This document shows, in pieces, positions 27,650 to 37,332 of a stretch of 64,000 nt of DNA. Made by a program: the position numbers and the translations under genes. The notes beneath the pieces are model-generated. The model was not told the DNA's origin. It did no database searches and worked only from the letters and a program-made list of their open reading frames with translations. Location of the stretch: the NCBI GenBank assembly GCA_041486775.1, contig JBGPMB010000001.1, forward strand, positions 1,505-65,504, in the 5' to 3' direction. This stretch comes from Candidatus Eiseniibacteriota bacterium. GTDB taxonomy: Bacteria; Eisenbacteria; RBG-16-71-46; SZUA-252. Every line of letters begins with the position of its first letter. Within the stretch, counting starts at the first letter, position 1.

Positions 27650-28459
27650 ATGAAACTCATGGATAAGCTCATCGTGAAACCCGGAAGCCGGGTCCGGATC
27701 GCGGACCTTCCCACCGATACCACGCCCGGATTCAAGGGGAAGCCCGACGTCGAGGCGATCCTCCGCGAGACGGCCGCGAAGATGGCGGAGCTCCAGTACC
27801 TCATGTACGCGGAGAACAAGCGATCCCTCCTGGTCGTGCTCCAGGCCATGGACACCGGAGGAAAAGACGGTACCGTCCGCCACGTCATGACGGGGCTCAA
27901 TCCGACCGGCATGATCGTCAAGTCGTTCAAGGTGCCCTCCGAGGAAGAGCTGGACCACGATTATCTCTGGCGCATCCACCAGGCGGTGCCCGGCCGGGGC
28001 GACTTCGCGATCTTCAACCGCTCCCACTACGAAGACGTGATCGTGGTGCGGGTGCACGAGCTGGCGCCGCGGCCCGTCTGGAAGAAGCGCTACGCGCAGA
28101 TCAACGCCTTCGAGAAGGACCTGACCGAGAACCGTGTGACGGTCCTCAAGTTCTTCCTTCACATCAGCAAGGACGAGCAGAAGAGAAGAATCGAGGACCG
28201 GATTAAGGACCCCCAGAAGCGCTGGAAGCTCTCTCCGGCGGACTTCAAGGAGCGCGTGTACTGGGACGACTACCAGGCGGCGTACGAGGACGTCCTGAAC
28301 CGATGCAGCACGAAGTGGGCGCCCTGGTACGTCATTCCGGCCGACAAGAAATGGTTTCGCAATCTCGCCGTCGCGGAGATCATGCTCGAGACGCTCGAGT
28401 CGATGAAGATGAAGTTCCCCAAGGCCTCATTCGATCCGACGAAGCTGAAGCTTCGTTGA
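27650..28459 (+). CDS. Polyphosphate kinase 2 (PPK2) family polyphosphate:nucleotide phosphotransferase
   Basis: Walker-A-like VLQAMDTGGKDGT and the PPK2 lid region; 269 aa. Confidence 0.9.
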   Translation: MKLMDKLIVKPGSRVRIADLPTDTTPGFKGKPDVEAILRETAAKMAELQYLMYAENKRSLLVVLQAMDTGGKDGTVRHVMTGLNPTGMIVKSFKVPSEEELDHDYLWRIHQAVPGRGDFAIFNRSHYEDVIVVRVHELAPRPVWKKRYAQINAFEKDLTENRVTVLKFFLHISKDEQKRRIEDRIKDPQKRWKLSPADFKERVYWDDYQAAYEDVLNRCSTKWAPWYVIPADKKWFRNLAVAEIMLETLESMKMKFPKASFDPTKLKLR

Positions 28460-29097
28460 GCCGCGCATCCGGCGCGGCGCGCCCGCCCGCCGGCGCCGGC
28501 CTGCTCCATTCCCTCAGCAGGATTCCGTTCACGCTCTTCTTCGAGACGGCGATCGTCGCGATCGCGTTGTGGAACGGGTCCGCGCAAGGACGGCTGAGCG
28601 CGGATCTGAGGCACCAGTGGGGATTCGCCCCGCTCTACTTCTGGCGCGAGCACTGGCATACGCTGGTGACCGGCGCCTTCTTCGTTCGAAGCGCCATCAT
28701 GCTGCTCGGCATGGCGCTCTTCGTCGCGGCCTCGGTCGGCGTCTACGAATGGCTGGCGGGCACGCGACGCGCTCTCCTCGTCTTCTGGGCCGCCAACGTG
28801 GTCACACTGCTCCTCACCGCCGCCTGCGTCGTCTTCCCCATGCACCTGGCCGGCGTGCCGCCCCGGTGGGATTGGGCCCCATCCGGGGACGTGGGAGCCA
28901 GCTTCGGCGGGTTCGGGTGCATCGGCGCCTGGATGATGGGGGTGAGCGGCACGCGAAGGAGGATCATCCTCGTCGCGATCGTCACCGCGGGGCTGGTCGT
29001 GAAGTTCCTTCTCCAGCCCGAGATCTTCCCGGACGCGGGGCATTTGGTGGCGTTCCTGGCCGGGGTGGCGCTGGGGGCCGTACTCCGAAGTCGTTGA
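28456..29097 (+). CDS. Rhomboid-family intramembrane serine protease-like protein
   Basis: Six TM helices. The GxSx-type catalytic region is VGASFGGFGCIGAW and the TM6 His is in AGHLVAFLAGVALG. The start is uncertain: I propose TTG at 28456, overlapping the PPK2 TGA. The ORF-track entry begins inside PPK2. Confidence 0.55.
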   Translation: MSRASGAARPPAGAGLLHSLSRIPFTLFFETAIVAIALWNGSAQGRLSADLRHQWGFAPLYFWREHWHTLVTGAFFVRSAIMLLGMALFVAASVGVYEWLAGTRRALLVFWAANVVTLLLTAACVVFPMHLAGVPPRWDWAPSGDVGASFGGFGCIGAWMMGVSGTRRRIILVAIVTAGLVVKFLLQPEIFPDAGHLVAFLAGVALGAVLRSR

Positions 29098-29180
29098 TCC
29101 CGAGCGTCCTTGGTGCTATCCTCCCTTCTTCCCCGGGGCCATTTCCACGCGAACTTCACACGGCTAAGGAGGAATCCCCC

Positions 29181-30218
29181 ATGCGAAGGAAGCAAAAGCC
29201 GCTTGTCCTGCTGGTCGCCTCGCTTCTCTTGTTCGCGGCGGTCGCGCTGGTTCTCTCGAGCTGCAGCCGGGACCAGGCTTCCGTCCTCAACGCGCCGACC
29301 AGCTCCGCAAGCTCCAGCGTCGCGGGCTCCGCGCTCTCGCCGCACAACCCCGCCGATGTCGCGGTGGCCATGCGGGCGCAGAACGCCCACACGCCGGATC
29401 TGCTCCGCATCCCGGATGTGGTCGGGACCGGAACGGGAGTCGGCGCCAATGGCCGCCTCGCCGTGCTGGTTCTCACGCGGCGCGCCGGCGTCGGCAACAT
29501 CCCCGGCAACGTGGACGGCGTTCCGACCGAGGTTCGCGTCGTGGGCGACGTCGTTCCCTACGCCAAGCCGGGCAGCGGCAATCCCCAGTGCGGGACCTCG
29601 ACCGGAAACAACCTCGAGTGCGCGGCGGGGACGATCGGCGCCGTGGTCCTGAAGGGCTCGACCAAGTATCTGCTCTCCAACAATCACGTCTACGCGCGCG
29701 AGAACGCCGCCAGTATCGGGGAGCGCGAGGATGCGCCGGGCCGTTACGACGGGAAGCCGAGATGCGCCGTGACGCCGGCATGCGGCACGCTGGCCGATTT
29801 TCGGGCCATCAGCTTCAGCGGCAACAACACCATCGACTGCGCGATCGCGTTGATGGACACCAGCCGGCCCACCAGCGTGGTCCAGTCGGGCGGCTACACC
29901 GCGAGCTCGACCGTCGTGGCTCCGAGCGTGGGATTGGCCGTCAAGAAGTCGGGCCGCACGTCGGGCCTCACGACCGGAACGATCCAGGCGATCAACGTCA
30001 CGATCACGGTTCAATACTCGGCGGGAATCGCCACGTTCACCGGCCAGATCATGACCCCGGGCAGCTTCATCCGCTCGGGCGATTCCGGCTCGCTGATGGT
30101 GACCCAGACGGGGAACAATCCGGTCGGACTCTGCTTCGCCGGCGGATCGGGCGGCTCGTTCGCCAATCCGATCGGACCGGTGCTCCAGGCCTTCGGCGCG
30201 TCCGTCGCCACGCAGTAG
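29181..30218 (+). CDS. Lipoprotein with a chymotrypsin-fold (S1-like) serine peptidase domain
   Basis: Ribosome-binding site AAGGAGGA, then a signal/lipobox VLSSCS. GDSGSLMV resembles the S1 catalytic GDSGG; upstream are NNHVYAR (a His candidate) and several Cys pairs, as in alpha-lytic/streptogrisin-like proteases. Confidence 0.6.
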   Translation: MRRKQKPLVLLVASLLLFAAVALVLSSCSRDQASVLNAPTSSASSSVAGSALSPHNPADVAVAMRAQNAHTPDLLRIPDVVGTGTGVGANGRLAVLVLTRRAGVGNIPGNVDGVPTEVRVVGDVVPYAKPGSGNPQCGTSTGNNLECAAGTIGAVVLKGSTKYLLSNNHVYARENAASIGEREDAPGRYDGKPRCAVTPACGTLADFRAISFSGNNTIDCAIALMDTSRPTSVVQSGGYTASSTVVAPSVGLAVKKSGRTSGLTTGTIQAINVTITVQYSAGIATFTGQIMTPGSFIRSGDSGSLMVTQTGNNPVGLCFAGGSGGSFANPIGPVLQAFGASVATQ

Positions 30219-30330
30219 TCGCAGGCTTCAGCACACTAGGAATTGCTGGGGGAGGCCAGCCGCCGGGTGGCCTCCCTCTTCTTTGTGATGTCGAGACGTT
30301 CGTGACCCCGGAACAGGGAGGTAGCTTCGA

Positions 30331-32157
30331 GTGAAAGTTGCCGATTCGATCCGCAACATCGCGATCATCGCGCACGTGGACCACGGAAAGACCACGCTGG
30401 TGGACGCGATGCTGAAGCAGAGCGGCACCTACCGCCTGAACGAGCGGATCATCGAGCGGGTCATGGACAGCATGGATCTCGAGAAGGAGCGCGGGATCAC
30501 GATCATGGCCAAGAACACCTCGGTTCACTACGAAGGCGTGAAGATCAACATCGTGGACACGCCGGGGCACTCCGACTTCGGAGGCGAGGTGGAGCGCGTG
30601 CTCAAGATGGTGGACGGCGTCATGCTCCTGGTGGACGCCTCGGAAGGACCGCTGCCTCAGACGCGGTTCGTGCTGCGGAAGGCGCTCGAGCAATCGCTCC
30701 CGGCGATCGTGGTCGTGAACAAGATCGATCGCCAAGACGCCCGGCCGCAAGAGGTCGTGAACGAGATCTACGACCTCTTCATCGACCTGGACGCGAACGA
30801 GCGGCAGATCGAGTTTCCCATCCTCTACGCCATAAGCCGCGACGGGATCGCGAAGAAGGCGCTCGCCGACTGCGGCACGGACTTGCGGCCCCTGTTCGAC
30901 GAGATCGTGCGGAGCATCCCGGCCCCGCGGGCCCGCATGGAGGGCAAGCTCCAGCTCCTGGTCGCCAACCTGGACTACGACGATTACGTCGGCCGGATCG
31001 CGATCGGACGGGTCTTCTCCGGATCGATCAAGGTCGGGGACCAGGTCTCCGTCTGCAAGCTGGACGGGACCGAGGTCAAGACCCGGATCACGCAGCTCTA
31101 CACGTTCGAGGGGTTGAAGCGGGCCCCCATCCAGGAGGCGGGCGTGGGGGAGATCGTCGCCCTGGCGGGGATCGAGGGGATCTACATCGGCGAGACCGTG
31201 TCCTCGCTCGAGGATCCCGCGCGGCTGCCGCCCATCACGGTGGACGAGCCCACGATCTCCATGATCTTCACCGTGAACAATTCGCCCTTCGCGGGCCGGG
31301 ACGGCCGCTACGTGACCTCGCGCCAGGTGCGGGACCGCCTCTACAAGGAGACTCTCGGCAACGTCTCGATCCGCGTGGAGGACGCCGAGGGTGGGGAGGG
31401 CTGCAAAGTTTCCGGCCGCGGCGAGCTCCAGCTCGCGATTCTCATCGAGATGATGCGCCGCGAGGGATTCGAGATGCAGGTGTCGAAGCCCGAAGTCATC
31501 ACCCGCGAGGTGGACGGCAAGCGGCTCGAGCCCATCGAGCTGGTCGTGGTCGACGCGCCCGAGACGTTCATCGGGATCATCACCGAGGCGCTGGGCCGCC
31601 GCAAGGGGCAGATGACCAAGATGGTGAACCACGGGAAAGGCGGAGGATTGAACCGCGTGCGGATGGAGTTCGAAGTACCGACCCGCGGCCTGATCGGGTT
31701 CCGCTCGGAGTTTCTGACCGACACGAAGGGCACCGGGCTCTTGAACACCCTCTTCCTGCGCTGGGGCGTATGGCAGGGGACCATCACCAATCGGCTGACC
31801 GGCGCTCTCGTCTCGGACCGCGTCGGTCCCGCGACGCCCTACGCGCTCTACAATCTCCAAGAGCGGGGCGAGCTCTTCATCCGGCCGGGGACGGCCGTGT
31901 ACGAGGGCATGATCGTCGGGGAGAACGCGCGCGAGGCGGACATGGACGTGAACGTGACGCGCGAGAAGAAGCTGACCAACATGCGCGCCTCGGGATCGGA
32001 CGAGGCGGTGCGCTTGATTCCCTTCCGCGAGCTCTCGCTGGAACAGGCGCTCGAGTTCATCACGGGGGACGAGTTGGTCGAGGTCACGCCGGCCGCGATC
32101 CGGCTGCGGAAGCGGATCCTGGCCGCGAACGTGCGGCCGAAGCGCCGCGACGAGTAG
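30331..32157 (+). CDS. typA: Translational GTPase TypA/BipA
   Basis: G1 [10 protein letters not shown]3 DTPGH, G4 NKIDR; EF-G-like domains II, III and V plus the BipA C-terminal domain; 608 aa. Confidence 0.95.
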   Translation: MKVADSIRNIAIIAHVDHGKTTLVDAMLKQSGTYRLNERIIERVMDSMDLEKERGITIMAKNTSVHYEGVKINIVDTPGHSDFGGEVERVLKMVDGVMLLVDASEGPLPQTRFVLRKALEQSLPAIVVVNKIDRQDARPQEVVNEIYDLFIDLDANERQIEFPILYAISRDGIAKKALADCGTDLRPLFDEIVRSIPAPRARMEGKLQLLVANLDYDDYVGRIAIGRVFSGSIKVGDQVSVCKLDGTEVKTRITQLYTFEGLKRAPIQEAGVGEIVALAGIEGIYIGETVSSLEDPARLPPITVDEPTISMIFTVNNSPFAGRDGRYVTSRQVRDRLYKETLGNVSIRVEDAEGGEGCKVSGRGELQLAILIEMMRREGFEMQVSKPEVITREVDGKRLEPIELVVVDAPETFIGIITEALGRRKGQMTKMVNHGKGGGLNRVRMEFEVPTRGLIGFRSEFLTDTKGTGLLNTLFLRWGVWQGTITNRLTGALVSDRVGPATPYALYNLQERGELFIRPGTAVYEGMIVGENAREADMDVNVTREKKLTNMRASGSDEAVRLIPFRELSLEQALEFITGDELVEVTPAAIRLRKRILAANVRPKRRDE

Positions 32158-32314
32158 GGCACGCACGCTGGGCTCTGAACCACGAATCCAAAGTTAAGTT
32201 ATTTCGCCGCTTGGGCTTCCTCATCCCGAACTCGTCCCAGGACGAGTGATTCATTACGTACTTCCCACGAGAAATGACGCGCGGCCATGAGCACTTTGAA
32301 CTTGCGGTGTGGTC

Positions 32315-32334
32315 GATATTACGATATCGTAATA
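32315..32334. promoter_or_regulatory. Perfect 20-bp palindrome ATATTACGATATCGTAATAT; candidate MarR operator
   Basis: It is an exact reverse-complement palindrome in a short AT-rich island about 40 nt upstream of the MarR start codon. Confidence 0.5.
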
Positions 32335-32373
32335 TACGAAACCGTAGTATTGGAGTCGGACCCCGAACCGAGG

Positions 32374-32820
32374 ATGCGCGTGCCGCTTCGATACCTTTCG
32401 CCGATCCACAGGGCCGTGCGCCAGATCACCCTCTACCTGGAGCCCCGGTGTGCCGCTCTCGGCGTGAGCCCGACGGAGGGGCATCTCCTCTCCTACCTCC
32501 GCACCTACGCGCCGTGCCCGATCGTCGAGATCCTGCGCGTGTTCGGCATCCGCCCTTCGACCATGACGAGCATTCTCGAGCGGCTGGACGAGCGCGGACT
32601 CCTGACCAGGAAGCCCGACCCGGAGGATCGCCGGTCGGTGCGGGTGAGCTTGACGCGGGAGGGGAGGACCGTCGCGGACCACATCAATCGCATCCTCCGC
32701 GACCTCGAGAGTCGCATCGGGGCGGGGGTGGGGAAACGAGAGCTGGCCGGGTTCGAAACCGTGATGGGCGCCGTCGAGTCCGCGACGGGTGTTCGAGTCA
32801 GAAAGGAGCCGTCGTCATGA
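32374..32820 (+). CDS. MarR-family transcriptional regulator
   Basis: The wHTH region LSPIHRAVRQITLYLEP...GHLLSYLRTYAPCPIVEILRVFGIRPSTMTSILERLDERGLLTRKPDPEDRRSVRVSLTREG is a canonical MarR fold. I set the start at the ATG downstream of the palindrome; the ORF-track entry starts at 32287, across the palindrome. Confidence 0.85.
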   Translation: MRVPLRYLSPIHRAVRQITLYLEPRCAALGVSPTEGHLLSYLRTYAPCPIVEILRVFGIRPSTMTSILERLDERGLLTRKPDPEDRRSVRVSLTREGRTVADHINRILRDLESRIGAGVGKRELAGFETVMGAVESATGVRVRKEPSS

Positions 32821-33278
32821 CCCGAGAAGGATTGAAGCGACTGTTCGAGCTGAACCACTACGCGATCGGTGTGAACGCGCGGGATCTGAGCCACGAAGAG
32901 AGCCTCCTGGGGCCGGGCCCGGCCGGAAACTGCGCGAACTGGGTTCTGGGCCATATCGTGGCCAACCGGGGCGCGATTCTGTCGCTGGTCGGCGAGCAAC
33001 CGGTCTGGGACGCGGACACGGTGGAGCGCTACAAACGGGGCTCCTCGCCGATCACCAAGGACAAGGCGAAGCCGTTCCCCGAGATCCTGGAATCCCTTGA
33101 TCGCTCACAGGAGCGTCTCGTCGCGGGGCTGGCGCGTCTGAACGAGGGGGATCTCGGGAAGGACGATGGGGAAAGCCTGGGATCGAAGCTCGCGTTCCTC
33201 CAGTTCCACGAGGCGTATCATGCCGGCCAGCTGGGGCTCCTCCGCCGCATCGCCGGGAAGAAGGGGGCCATCCAGTAA
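32817..33278 (+). CDS. DinB/YfiT-like (DinB_2) metal-dependent four-helix-bundle protein
   Basis: The His-triad pattern has H in ELNHYAIGVN, then WVLGHIVAN, then FHEAYHAGQL. The ATG overlaps the MarR stop (ATGA). Confidence 0.75.
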   Translation: MTREGLKRLFELNHYAIGVNARDLSHEESLLGPGPAGNCANWVLGHIVANRGAILSLVGEQPVWDADTVERYKRGSSPITKDKAKPFPEILESLDRSQERLVAGLARLNEGDLGKDDGESLGSKLAFLQFHEAYHAGQLGLLRRIAGKKGAIQ

Positions 33279-33568
33279 TGGCGCACTTCCTCGCGATCTA
33301 CCGGCCGCCCCGTCCCACGTTCGGAAGCGACGCCACCGAGGAGGAGGGACGTATCATCGGAGAGCACTTCCAATACCTGAAACGCCTCCTCGCGGAGGGA
33401 AAGCTCCTCATCGCCGGTCCCTGCGAGGACGCCTCCATGGGGATCGCCGTATTCGAGGCACGCGACGAGGCCGAAGCGAGGAGTATTCTCGCGGCGGACC
33501 CGGCGGTAACCGGAGGAGTCTTCCGCGGCGAGGTCAAGCCGTACCGGGTGTCGCTCATGAGGAAGTAG
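33278..33568 (+). CDS. YciI-like family protein
   Basis: 96 aa. The MAHFLAIYRP...GKLLIAGP...GIAVFEARDEAEARSILAADPAV pattern matches a YciI/Dabb-fold stress protein. It overlaps the DinB stop (TAATG). Confidence 0.7.
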   Translation: MAHFLAIYRPPRPTFGSDATEEEGRIIGEHFQYLKRLLAEGKLLIAGPCEDASMGIAVFEARDEAEARSILAADPAVTGGVFRGEVKPYRVSLMRK

Positions 33569-33605
33569 GAAGGGATACCCAGCCGTTCACTCTCGGGAGG
33601 AGACC

Positions 33606-34382
33606 ATGAAGCGTTGCGCCCTGTTGACGCTCTTCATCGCCCTGTCGGCCGGTTGTGCCGCGGTGCCCCCGCAGCACGTCGGCGTCTTGGAATCGTTCGG
33701 AAAGGTGCAGGACCAGACCTGGGCATCGGGCCTGCATGCCTGGGCGCCGTGGTTCGGAGTGCACCGGATCAATTGTCAGACGTTGCAGGAAGAGGAGCAA
33801 ACCACGACGCCGACCGGGGAAGGGCTCCTCGTGGGGCTGGACGTCAGCGTGGTGTATCACGCCAACCCCGACAAGGCGGCCGAGATCTATTCGCGCTACG
33901 GCGGGCTCTCCGGGATCGAGACGAACGTGCTCGCCCCGGAATTCCGATCCACCATCCGCGACGTCACGGCAGGCTTCAACGCGGTGGATCTCTACTCGGC
34001 CCGGCGCCAGGAGGTGAGCGCGACCATGCTGAACGAGCTGCGGAAGCGGCTCGAGGGCCGCGGCATCACCATCGAGGCCGTGCTCTTGCGGAACGTCCAG
34101 ATGCCCAGGCAGGTCTCCGAGGCCGTGGAGACGAAGCTCGCGGCGGACCAGAAGGCGCAGCAGATGGAGTTCGTGCTCCGGAAGGAGAAGAGCGAGGCCG
34201 AGCGGAAGCGGATCGAGGCCCAGGGGATCGCCGACTTCCAGAAGATCGTGACGGCGGGGATCACGCCCGGCCTCCTCACCTGGAAGGGGATCGAGGCGAC
34301 CGAGAAGCTCGCGGAGTCCCCGAACTCCAAGTTCGTGGTGATCGGAGGCAAGAACGGGCTACCGCTCATCCTGAATCCCTGA
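33606..34382 (+). CDS. SPFH/Band-7 (prohibitin-like) domain lipoprotein
   Basis: Lipobox LSAGCA. The SPFH core (VVYHANPDKAAEIYSRYG...EAVLLRNVQMPRQVSEAVETKLAADQ) is followed by a coiled-coil. Confidence 0.8.
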   Translation: MKRCALLTLFIALSAGCAAVPPQHVGVLESFGKVQDQTWASGLHAWAPWFGVHRINCQTLQEEEQTTTPTGEGLLVGLDVSVVYHANPDKAAEIYSRYGGLSGIETNVLAPEFRSTIRDVTAGFNAVDLYSARRQEVSATMLNELRKRLEGRGITIEAVLLRNVQMPRQVSEAVETKLAADQKAQQMEFVLRKEKSEAERKRIEAQGIADFQKIVTAGITPGLLTWKGIEATEKLAESPNSKFVVIGGKNGLPLILNP

Positions 34383-34474
34383 TCGGCATCCTACTTCCGG
34401 ATAAGTCGACGCGGGCCGCCCGCCGTGGTTGACTCACCGGGATGAGACTTCTATCGACTGCGGGAGACCCAACG

Positions 34475-36157
34475 ATGTCCGGTGCCGAACGCTATCTCCG
34501 CGTCTCGTCTCGTGGCGAGGCGTTGAAGGAAGACCCGGCCCTCAACAAGGGGACCTGCTTCACGCGGGAGGAGCGCGAGCAATTCGGGCTCCTGGGCCTC
34601 CTGCCCCCCGGGATCTCGACGCGCGAGGAGCAGGCGGCCCGCGCGTACGGGAACTACCGCGAGGCGGGCGACGACGTGCACCGCTACCTCTTCCTCGCCT
34701 CGTTACAGGACAGGAACGAGACTCTGTTCTACCAGCTTCTCCTCGACCACCTGGAGGAGATGGCGCCCATCGTCTACACCCCGACCGTGGGCCTGGTCTG
34801 CGAGCAATTCAGCCACATCTACCGGCGTCCCCGGGGGGTCTACATCTCCTCGGAGGACCGGGGTCGCGTGGCGGAGCTTCTCGCGAACGCGCCGCAGAAG
34901 GACTGCCGGGTGATCGTGGCGACCGACAACGAAGCCATCTTAGGCCTGGGAGACCTGGGCGTCGGAGGCATCGCGATCGCGATCGGGAAGCTCGCGCTCT
35001 ACACCGCAGGCGCGGGTATCCATCCCTCCCTCTGCCTGCCTCTCGACATCGACGTCGGCACGGACAACGAGGTGTTGCTCCGCGATCCGCTCTACCTCGG
35101 GGTTCGCCGGAAGCGATTGCGCGGGGAGGAATACTTCTCCCTCCTGGACGAGATCGTGGAAGCCCTGGGCAAGGTATTTCCGAAGGCCCTCATCCAGTGG
35201 GAAGACTTCGCGAACCGCAATGCCTTCGAGATCCTGAGCCGCTACCGGCGGAAGACCCTGTCCTTCGATGACGACATTCAGGGCACGGGCGCCGTGGTCG
35301 TCTCGGGCATCAAGGCCGGGCTGAAGCAGGCCGGGAGGTCGATTGAAAACGAACGGGTCGTCTTCTACGGCGCGGGCGCTTCAGGGGCGGGCTGCGCCAT
35401 GGCGACGCGGCGGGCGATGCGCGACGCCGGCGTTCCCGAAGCGATGCTCGGCGCGCACGTGATCGCGCTGGACTCGCGCGGGCTCATCCTGAGCGACCGC
35501 TCGGGGCTCTCGCCGGAGAAGAAGGAGATCGCGGCCGATCCCGCGCTCGTTTCGGGCTGGACCAAGGGGCCGGGTGGAGGGATCGGACTGGCGGACGTGA
35601 TCCGCGGGTTCAAGCCCACCGTGCTCGTGGGCGCCTCGGGGCAGCCGGGCGCCTTCGACCAGGCGATCGTCCAATCGATGCTCCGAAGCTGCCCGCGGCC
35701 GATCATCCTCCCGCTCACGAACCCGACGAGCCGGGCGGAGGCGACGCCTCGGGACCTGATCGAGTGGACGAAGGGCGCTGCCATCGTCGGAACGGGAAGT
35801 CCGTTCCCGCCGGTCGAGCACGCGGGTGTGACGTACGAGATCGGGCAAGGGAACAACGCGCTCATCTTCCCGGGCGTGGGACTGGGCGCCGTGTCGGTCG
35901 AAGCGAAATGGCTTCCGGACGAGGCCTTCCTGGCCGCGAGCCGGGCGCTCCTCGCGTTCACCGCTCCCTCGGGGCAGCCGGGGTCGCCCATCTACCCGCC
36001 GCTGCGCCGCCTGCGGGAAGTCTCCTTCGCGGTTGCCGTGGAGGTGGCGCGCACGCTGGTGGATCTGGGCGCGGCGCCCCGGCCCAAGGAGCCGATCGAG
36101 GCCCGGATTCGATCCAACATGTGGGAGCCCGTGTACCTGCCGTACCGCCCCGCCTAG
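34475..36157 (+). CDS. NAD(P)-dependent malic enzyme
   Basis: N-terminal malic-enzyme motifs (NKGTCFTREEREQFGLLGLLPP, VYTPTVG) and an NAD-binding Rossmann GAGASGAG; about 560 aa. Confidence 0.95.
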   Translation: MSGAERYLRVSSRGEALKEDPALNKGTCFTREEREQFGLLGLLPPGISTREEQAARAYGNYREAGDDVHRYLFLASLQDRNETLFYQLLLDHLEEMAPIVYTPTVGLVCEQFSHIYRRPRGVYISSEDRGRVAELLANAPQKDCRVIVATDNEAILGLGDLGVGGIAIAIGKLALYTAGAGIHPSLCLPLDIDVGTDNEVLLRDPLYLGVRRKRLRGEEYFSLLDEIVEALGKVFPKALIQWEDFANRNAFEILSRYRRKTLSFDDDIQGTGAVVVSGIKAGLKQAGRSIENERVVFYGAGASGAGCAMATRRAMRDAGVPEAMLGAHVIALDSRGLILSDRSGLSPEKKEIAADPALVSGWTKGPGGGIGLADVIRGFKPTVLVGASGQPGAFDQAIVQSMLRSCPRPIILPLTNPTSRAEATPRDLIEWTKGAAIVGTGSPFPPVEHAGVTYEIGQGNNALIFPGVGLGAVSVEAKWLPDEAFLAASRALLAFTAPSGQPGSPIYPPLRRLREVSFAVAVEVARTLVDLGAAPRPKEPIEARIRSNMWEPVYLPYRPA

Positions 36158-36582
36158 CTCGAGGCTCCGTTTCGCGGCTTGATCAACATCGCGCTCAGCA
36201 AGAGGGCCACGCCGACCCCCGCCGGGACCAATCCCACCGCCCAGGCATTCTTCTCAGTCTCCATGAGGTAGAGGAACACGCCGACCGAGATGCCCACGAG
36301 GAGCGTGACGACTCCGCCGATCAGAAGGCCATGGTAGCGACGCAGCGGGCTGTACGTGCCGCCGTACGACCCCGGCCCGTAGTCGATGACCGGGGGAGGT
36401 GGGAGCTTGGCGGGGTCGACGCCCCGTTCGATCGCGGCAATCCGCTCCTTGTGCGCCAGCTCCGCCATTCTTTGCTGCCCGAGCGTCCTTACGACCGCCA
36501 CCGTGATGCCTCCGATGATGGCCACGATCGGGATGGCCATGGCGAAGATGCCTGTGAAGCTATCCGAGTCTATATGGAACAT
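36154..36582 (-). CDS. Hypothetical membrane protein (2-3 TM)
   Basis: 142 aa, hydrophobic. It overlaps the malic-enzyme stop by 4 nt on the opposite strand. It is divergent from an ECF sigma gene and is called from the ORF only. Confidence 0.4.
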   Translation of the reverse strand: MFHIDSDSFTGIFAMAIPIVAIIGGITVAVVRTLGQQRMAELAHKERIAAIERGVDPAKLPPPPVIDYGPGSYGGTYSPLRRYHGLLIGGVVTLLVGISVGVFLYLMETEKNAWAVGLVPAGVGVALLLSAMLIKPRNGASS

Positions 36583-36690
36583 CGTCGAGCCCTCCTTCTG
36601 AGTGGTGCGCTATTATCGCCCTGCTTCCACCGCGTTGGACCGGGAGGCGTGGTCCGGCGGTTTCAGGAAAATCCACACCCCATGTAGGCT

Positions 36691-37332
36691 TTGTTGAAAC
36701 CGACGCCGGCCGTTCCCCGGTCCAACCCAGAGGTGGTTACCGTCCCGGATCCGGTGCAGGCAGCATCGCCCGAGAGCGAGGAGGAGCGCGGCTGGATCGA
36801 GCGCGCGCGCGCGGGGGACACCCAGGCGTTTCGATGCCTGGCCGAGCGGTACGGCGATCGCGCGTACGGCCTGGCGTTTCGCATGCTCGGCTCCGCTCCC
36901 GAGGCCGAGGAGGTGGCGCAGGACGCTCTCGTTCGGGCGTGGCGCGCGATGCCCCGGTTTCGAGGCGACTCGAGCTTCTCCACGTGGCTTCATCGGATCG
37001 TGGTGCGGCGCGCTCTGGATCGCTCGGCGACCTTGAAGGCGCGGCGCGCCCGGGAGGCGCCGTTCGAGGAGGCTGGTCCCGAGGAGCGGGTCGCGCCGGC
37101 CCCGGGAGATACTACCGGGCAGGAGCAACTCTCCCTGCGACTCGGCCGGCTCCTGGGCTCGCTTTCCGACGTGCAGCGGGCGGTGGTGGTGCTGTATTAC
37201 TACGAGGATCGTTCGGTGGACGAAGTGGCCTCGGTGCTGGGAATCCCCGAGGGAACCGTGAAGACGCACCTCCATCGCGCGCGCGGCCTTCTGCGAGCGG
37301 GCTGGATGGCGGAGGAGAAGAAGGGTCGATGA
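36691..37332 (+). CDS. ECF-subfamily RNA polymerase sigma-70 factor
   Basis: Region 2 (IERARAGDTQAFRCLAERYGDRAYGLAFRMLG...AQDALVRAWRAMPRF) and region 4 (LGSLSDVQRAVVVLYYYEDRSVDEVASVLGIPEGTVKTHLHRAR). The true start is probably an internal GTG/ATG. Confidence 0.85.
   Translation: MLKPTPAVPRSNPEVVTVPDPVQAASPESEEERGWIERARAGDTQAFRCLAERYGDRAYGLAFRMLGSAPEAEEVAQDALVRAWRAMPRFRGDSSFSTWLHRIVVRRALDRSATLKARRAREAPFEEAGPEERVAPAPGDTTGQEQLSLRLGRLLGSLSDVQRAVVVLYYYEDRSVDEVASVLGIPEGTVKTHLHRARGLLRAGWMAEEKKGR

Noticed and set aside
26954-28162. 402-aa minus-strand ORF
   Set aside because: Only the 3' 216 codons (HhH-GPD glycosylase) are real. The 5' part is antisense to PPK2.
30067-32166. 699-aa minus-strand ORF
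   Set aside because: It is antisense to TypA/BipA, which has unambiguous GTPase motifs. It is a shadow ORF.
32740-32760. tRNA-like GGTTCGAAACC T-loop-like string
   Set aside because: It lies inside the MarR coding region, has no acceptor or anticodon stem context, and deviates from the GGTTCGAATCC consensus.
36583-36735. ECF-type promoter upstream of the first sigma gene (GAAAC-N17-CGGTC)
   Set aside because: The spacing and -10 element match the GGAAC/CGTT consensus poorly, and the candidate overlaps the annotated start region, so it is too speculative to list as a feature.
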